Source: Candidatus Odinarchaeota archaeon | GTDB taxonomy: Archaea; Asgardarchaeota; Odinarchaeia; Odinarchaeales; Odinarchaeaceae | Reading direction: 5' to 3' | Assembly: GCA_038826135.1 (NCBI GenBank) | Contig: JAWBON010000050.1 | Span: 1-8,312 of the forward strand | Length of the DNA stretch: 8,312 nucleotides | Shown here: positions 5,976 through 8,312 of the stretch, piece by piece | Numbering within the stretch: position 1 is the stretch's first letter | Layout: the number at the start of each line of letters is the position of its first letter | Position numbers and translations under genes: made by a program | Notes under the pieces: model-generated | The model's database searches: none | What the model saw: the letters and a program-made list of their open reading frames with translations, nothing else | What the model was told of the DNA's origin: nothing

Positions 5976-7151
5976 TTATTCGAATTCATACTGTGGTATT
6001 TTATCTATTAACCCCATCGAGTATGCTAGAACTTCGGATATGTCAACTATTTTCAGATCCTCCATAAAGTTAGCTGAAGCGACTGATTGAAGGTTGAATA
6101 GGCATGTTCCGCAGGGGGTTACTAAATATTCTGCCCCTGAAGACTCAACTTCTTGTAAGGTTTTCCCAGCGATCTCATTTCTGAAATCTACCCATGGAAC
6201 TCTTATAGGACCTCCGCAACATCTCTGCAGATTCTTGGTTCTTTCAAGTTCGATGAGTTTTAAACCTGGAATTGAGTTTAAAACCACTCGCGGAGCATCG
6301 TAAACACCGGACCATCTGCCTAGATGGCATGAATCGAAGAATACAACTTTAGCCGCGACCTCCTTGACCGGTTTAATCTTTCTTTTACTAATCAGCTCCG
6401 CGTAGACTTCTGTAGCATGCTGAATTTGTATGGACTTAGTCCAAGGATACTCTTTTTTCAAAGCAGCATAGCACATCGGACATACTGTGAATATTTTTTT
6501 AGGCATGAGGCTTTCTATGTGTTTAACGTTTTCAGCAGCTATTTTTGAAAAGTCTTTTTCAACACCTTGAAGTTTAGCTACTCCTGCACAGCATTTTTCA
6601 TCTCTGTCAAGGCCTACAGTTAATCCTGCTGCTCTGAGAATAAGTATAGCGTTTTTTGCAAGATTCACATAGTTTCTACCAGCCATGCAACCTACGAAAA
6701 AGTAGTAGTCCGCGTTTTTAGGAGGTATTGAGAAGAATTCTGCCAGCGGACCTTCATCTAGCTTGGTTTCCTGACCGAACACGTTACCTGTTTTTTTAAT
6801 AGCCTCTATAGCTTGTTTCTGCTCAGGTACAGGTCCGATCCCCTCCTCAGCTAATTTACCTCTGACGGCTTCAGCGATCTCCATGTATCTGACTTTCGGA
6901 GGGCATGTTTCCTCACAGACGCGGCATAGTAGACACGTGTAAATTCTGTCGATGAATGATTGATTTGCTTCTGTTTCACCTGTATTCCAAGCTTTGTAAA
7001 GCATTAGCCGACCGCGCTCGTTATATGATTCAATATTCTTGTATTCGAAGGTCGGGCATATAGCCCTGCATTTACCACACTGCGAGCATTTCTGGAGGGC
7101 TTCTATAATAGACTTTGATAGTTTAGGGCTTAACTTACTCTTGCTAACCAT
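5976..7151 (-). CDS. GlcF/HdrD-like Fe-S oxidoreductase: two [4Fe-4S] ferredoxin motifs and two CCG domains, 391 aa
   Basis: CSQCGKCRAICP and CLLCRVCEETCP, with a family-like intervening RGR. CCG motifs are C-X31-CC-X35-CPMC and C-X35-CC-X34-CGTC. ATG at 7149-7151 lies 1 nt after the upstream stop, with a GGAGA SD-like site at 7160-7164. Confidence 0.9.
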   Translation of the reverse strand: MVSKSKLSPKLSKSIIEALQKCSQCGKCRAICPTFEYKNIESYNERGRLMLYKAWNTGETEANQSFIDRIYTCLLCRVCEETCPPKVRYMEIAEAVRGKLAEEGIGPVPEQKQAIEAIKKTGNVFGQETKLDEGPLAEFFSIPPKNADYYFFVGCMAGRNYVNLAKNAILILRAAGLTVGLDRDEKCCAGVAKLQGVEKDFSKIAAENVKHIESLMPKKIFTVCPMCYAALKKEYPWTKSIQIQHATEVYAELISKRKIKPVKEVAAKVVFFDSCHLGRWSGVYDAPRVVLNSIPGLKLIELERTKNLQRCCGGPIRVPWVDFRNEIAGKTLQEVESSGAEYLVTPCGTCLFNLQSVASANFMEDLKIVDISEVLAYSMGLIDKIPQYEFE

Positions 7152-7152
7152 T

Positions 7153-8312
7153 TTAAATCTCTCCGAATATTTTTCCAGGGTTTAATATATTATATGGGTC
7201 AAGCGCTTTCTTGATAGCTTTCTGAGCGTCCACGCTGCACGGTGAATGCTCTATTCCGAAAAATTTGATTTTAGCGCATCCGACACCGTGTTCACCAGTT
7301 ATAGTCCCTTTTAAATCTAAAGCGGCTTTAAAAATCTCGTCTTTCACATGCTCAGCTTTCTCTTTCTCTTCAGGTATGTTTTCATCATATAATATGTTGG
7401 GATGTAAATTGCCGTCGCCCATGTGCCCGAAGGTTGCGATCATAATACCGTATTTTTTAGAGATCTCCTGTATTCTTCTAAACATCTCCGGTACTTTCGA
7501 TATAGGAACTGTTACATCCTCCAGCTCTGTTGTCGGCTTATATGTGGATAAAGCGGAGTATGCTGCGTGCCTGCTTTCGAATATTTTCTCAGCTTCATGC
7601 TCGTCTTCTGCAACCCTGTAGGATATGGCGTTAAGTTCTCTATAAATCACTTCTAAAATCTTAAGCCTCTTTTTGACACTGGCCTCCTCGCCGTCTAGCT
7701 CGTTTACAACCACGGCGCCGCACTCTGGGAATGTTATACCTGTAAATTTACTAACCGCGTCCATAGTTAATCGATCCATTATTTCAGCCCCTGAAGGTTG
7801 TAAGCCTCGTCTAATAGTTTCGTAAACACATTTACCAGCTTCTTCAAGTGTTTTAAAGTAGGCTATGGCCGCCAGCCTCGACTCTGGGAGAGATGTAATC
7901 TTCAATAATGCCTTAGTAATAAGGGCCAGCGTTCCCTCAGAGCCTACTATAAGCCTGTGCATCTCGTAGCCGGATGCGAACTTATATGTGCCTGAACCGA
8001 ACCATGCGATATCCCCGTTAGCTAGGACTACTTCAAGCCCCATGACCCAGTCTCTTGTTACACCATATTTAACAGCACGCATACCCCCAGCGTTTTCTGA
8101 TATCATACCTCCGATTGTACACCAGTCTTGGCTGGAAGGGTCTGGCGGGAAAAATAAACCTAATGGTTTAAGCTTTTTCTCCAAGCTTTTATAAACAACA
8201 CCCGGTTCAACTAATACTTCAAAATTTTCCATGTCTATGTTTAAGATTTTATTCATCTTGGTGAAGTCGACTATTATTCCACCTTTGATTGCAACAGGCC
8301 CTCCGCTTAGAC
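7153..8312 (-). CDS. glcD: FAD-linked 2-hydroxyacid oxidoreductase, GlcD/D-lactate dehydrogenase family (5'-partial, start lies beyond the window)
   Basis: Motifs PPDPSS, TIGGMISENAGG, KYGVTRDWV, GSEGTL, FGHMGDGNLH, GTITGEHGVG and LDP-x-NILNPGKIF. The frame stays open upstream of the ORF-track Met at 8256, reading LSGGPVAIKGGIIVDFTK, which is part of the FAD-binding domain, so that Met is internal. The symbol denotes the family; the substrate is not established. Confidence 0.92.
   Translation of the reverse strand, partial: LSGGPVAIKGGIIVDFTKMNKILNIDMENFEVLVEPGVVYKSLEKKLKPLGLFFPPDPSSQDWCTIGGMISENAGGMRAVKYGVTRDWVMGLEVVLANGDIAWFGSGTYKFASGYEMHRLIVGSEGTLALITKALLKITSLPESRLAAIAYFKTLEEAGKCVYETIRRGLQPSGAEIMDRLTMDAVSKFTGITFPECGAVVVNELDGEEASVKKRLKILEVIYRELNAISYRVAEDEHEAEKIFESRHAAYSALSTYKPTTELEDVTVPISKVPEMFRRIQEISKKYGIMIATFGHMGDGNLHPNILYDENIPEEKEKAEHVKDEIFKAALDLKGTITGEHGVGCAKIKFFGIEHSPCSVDAQKAIKKALDPYNILNPGKIFGEI

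Noticed and set aside
6094-8194. Plus-strand ORFs 6094-6303, 7265-7621 and 7988-8194
   Set aside because: Antisense shadows of the Fe-S and GlcD-like genes; Ser/Pro-rich composition is typical of reverse frames.
8254-8256. ORF-track start Met of the GlcD-like gene
   Set aside because: The frame is open to the window edge and encodes conserved FAD-binding-domain sequence, so the true start is outside the window.

Overview
AT-rich, gene-dense archaeal chromosomal segment. The archaeal assignment rests on a pyruvoyl-type arginine decarboxylase, an RpoM/TFS-like zinc ribbon, a MoeA-PBP fusion, TATA-like boxes and GGAGG/GGTGA Shine-Dalgarno sites. A TACK/Asgard-like thermophile is my impression only, not something I can demonstrate. 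Nine CDSs are supported: tandem moeA + moeA-PBP (minus); agmatinase-family speB (plus), overlapping tail-to-tail with pdaD (minus); a 54-aa rubredoxin missing from the ORF track (5019-5183, TTG start); a TFS/RpoM paralogue with an acidic tail in place of its catalytic C-terminal zinc ribbon; a stand-alone Lrp/AsnC ligand-binding (RAM) domain; and a GlcD-like FAD oxidoreductase (5' end off the window) with a GlcF/HdrD-like 2x[4Fe-4S] + 2xCCG partner (minus). I found no RNA genes, CRISPR arrays or mobile elements. Most of the window is housekeeping metabolism. The best leads are the two-gene module of incomplete transcription regulators (5341-5904), the apparent loss of the catalytic Glu in PdaD, the convergent speB/pdaD overlap, and a 17-bp palindrome upstream of rubredoxin. 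None is demonstrated to be a new system.
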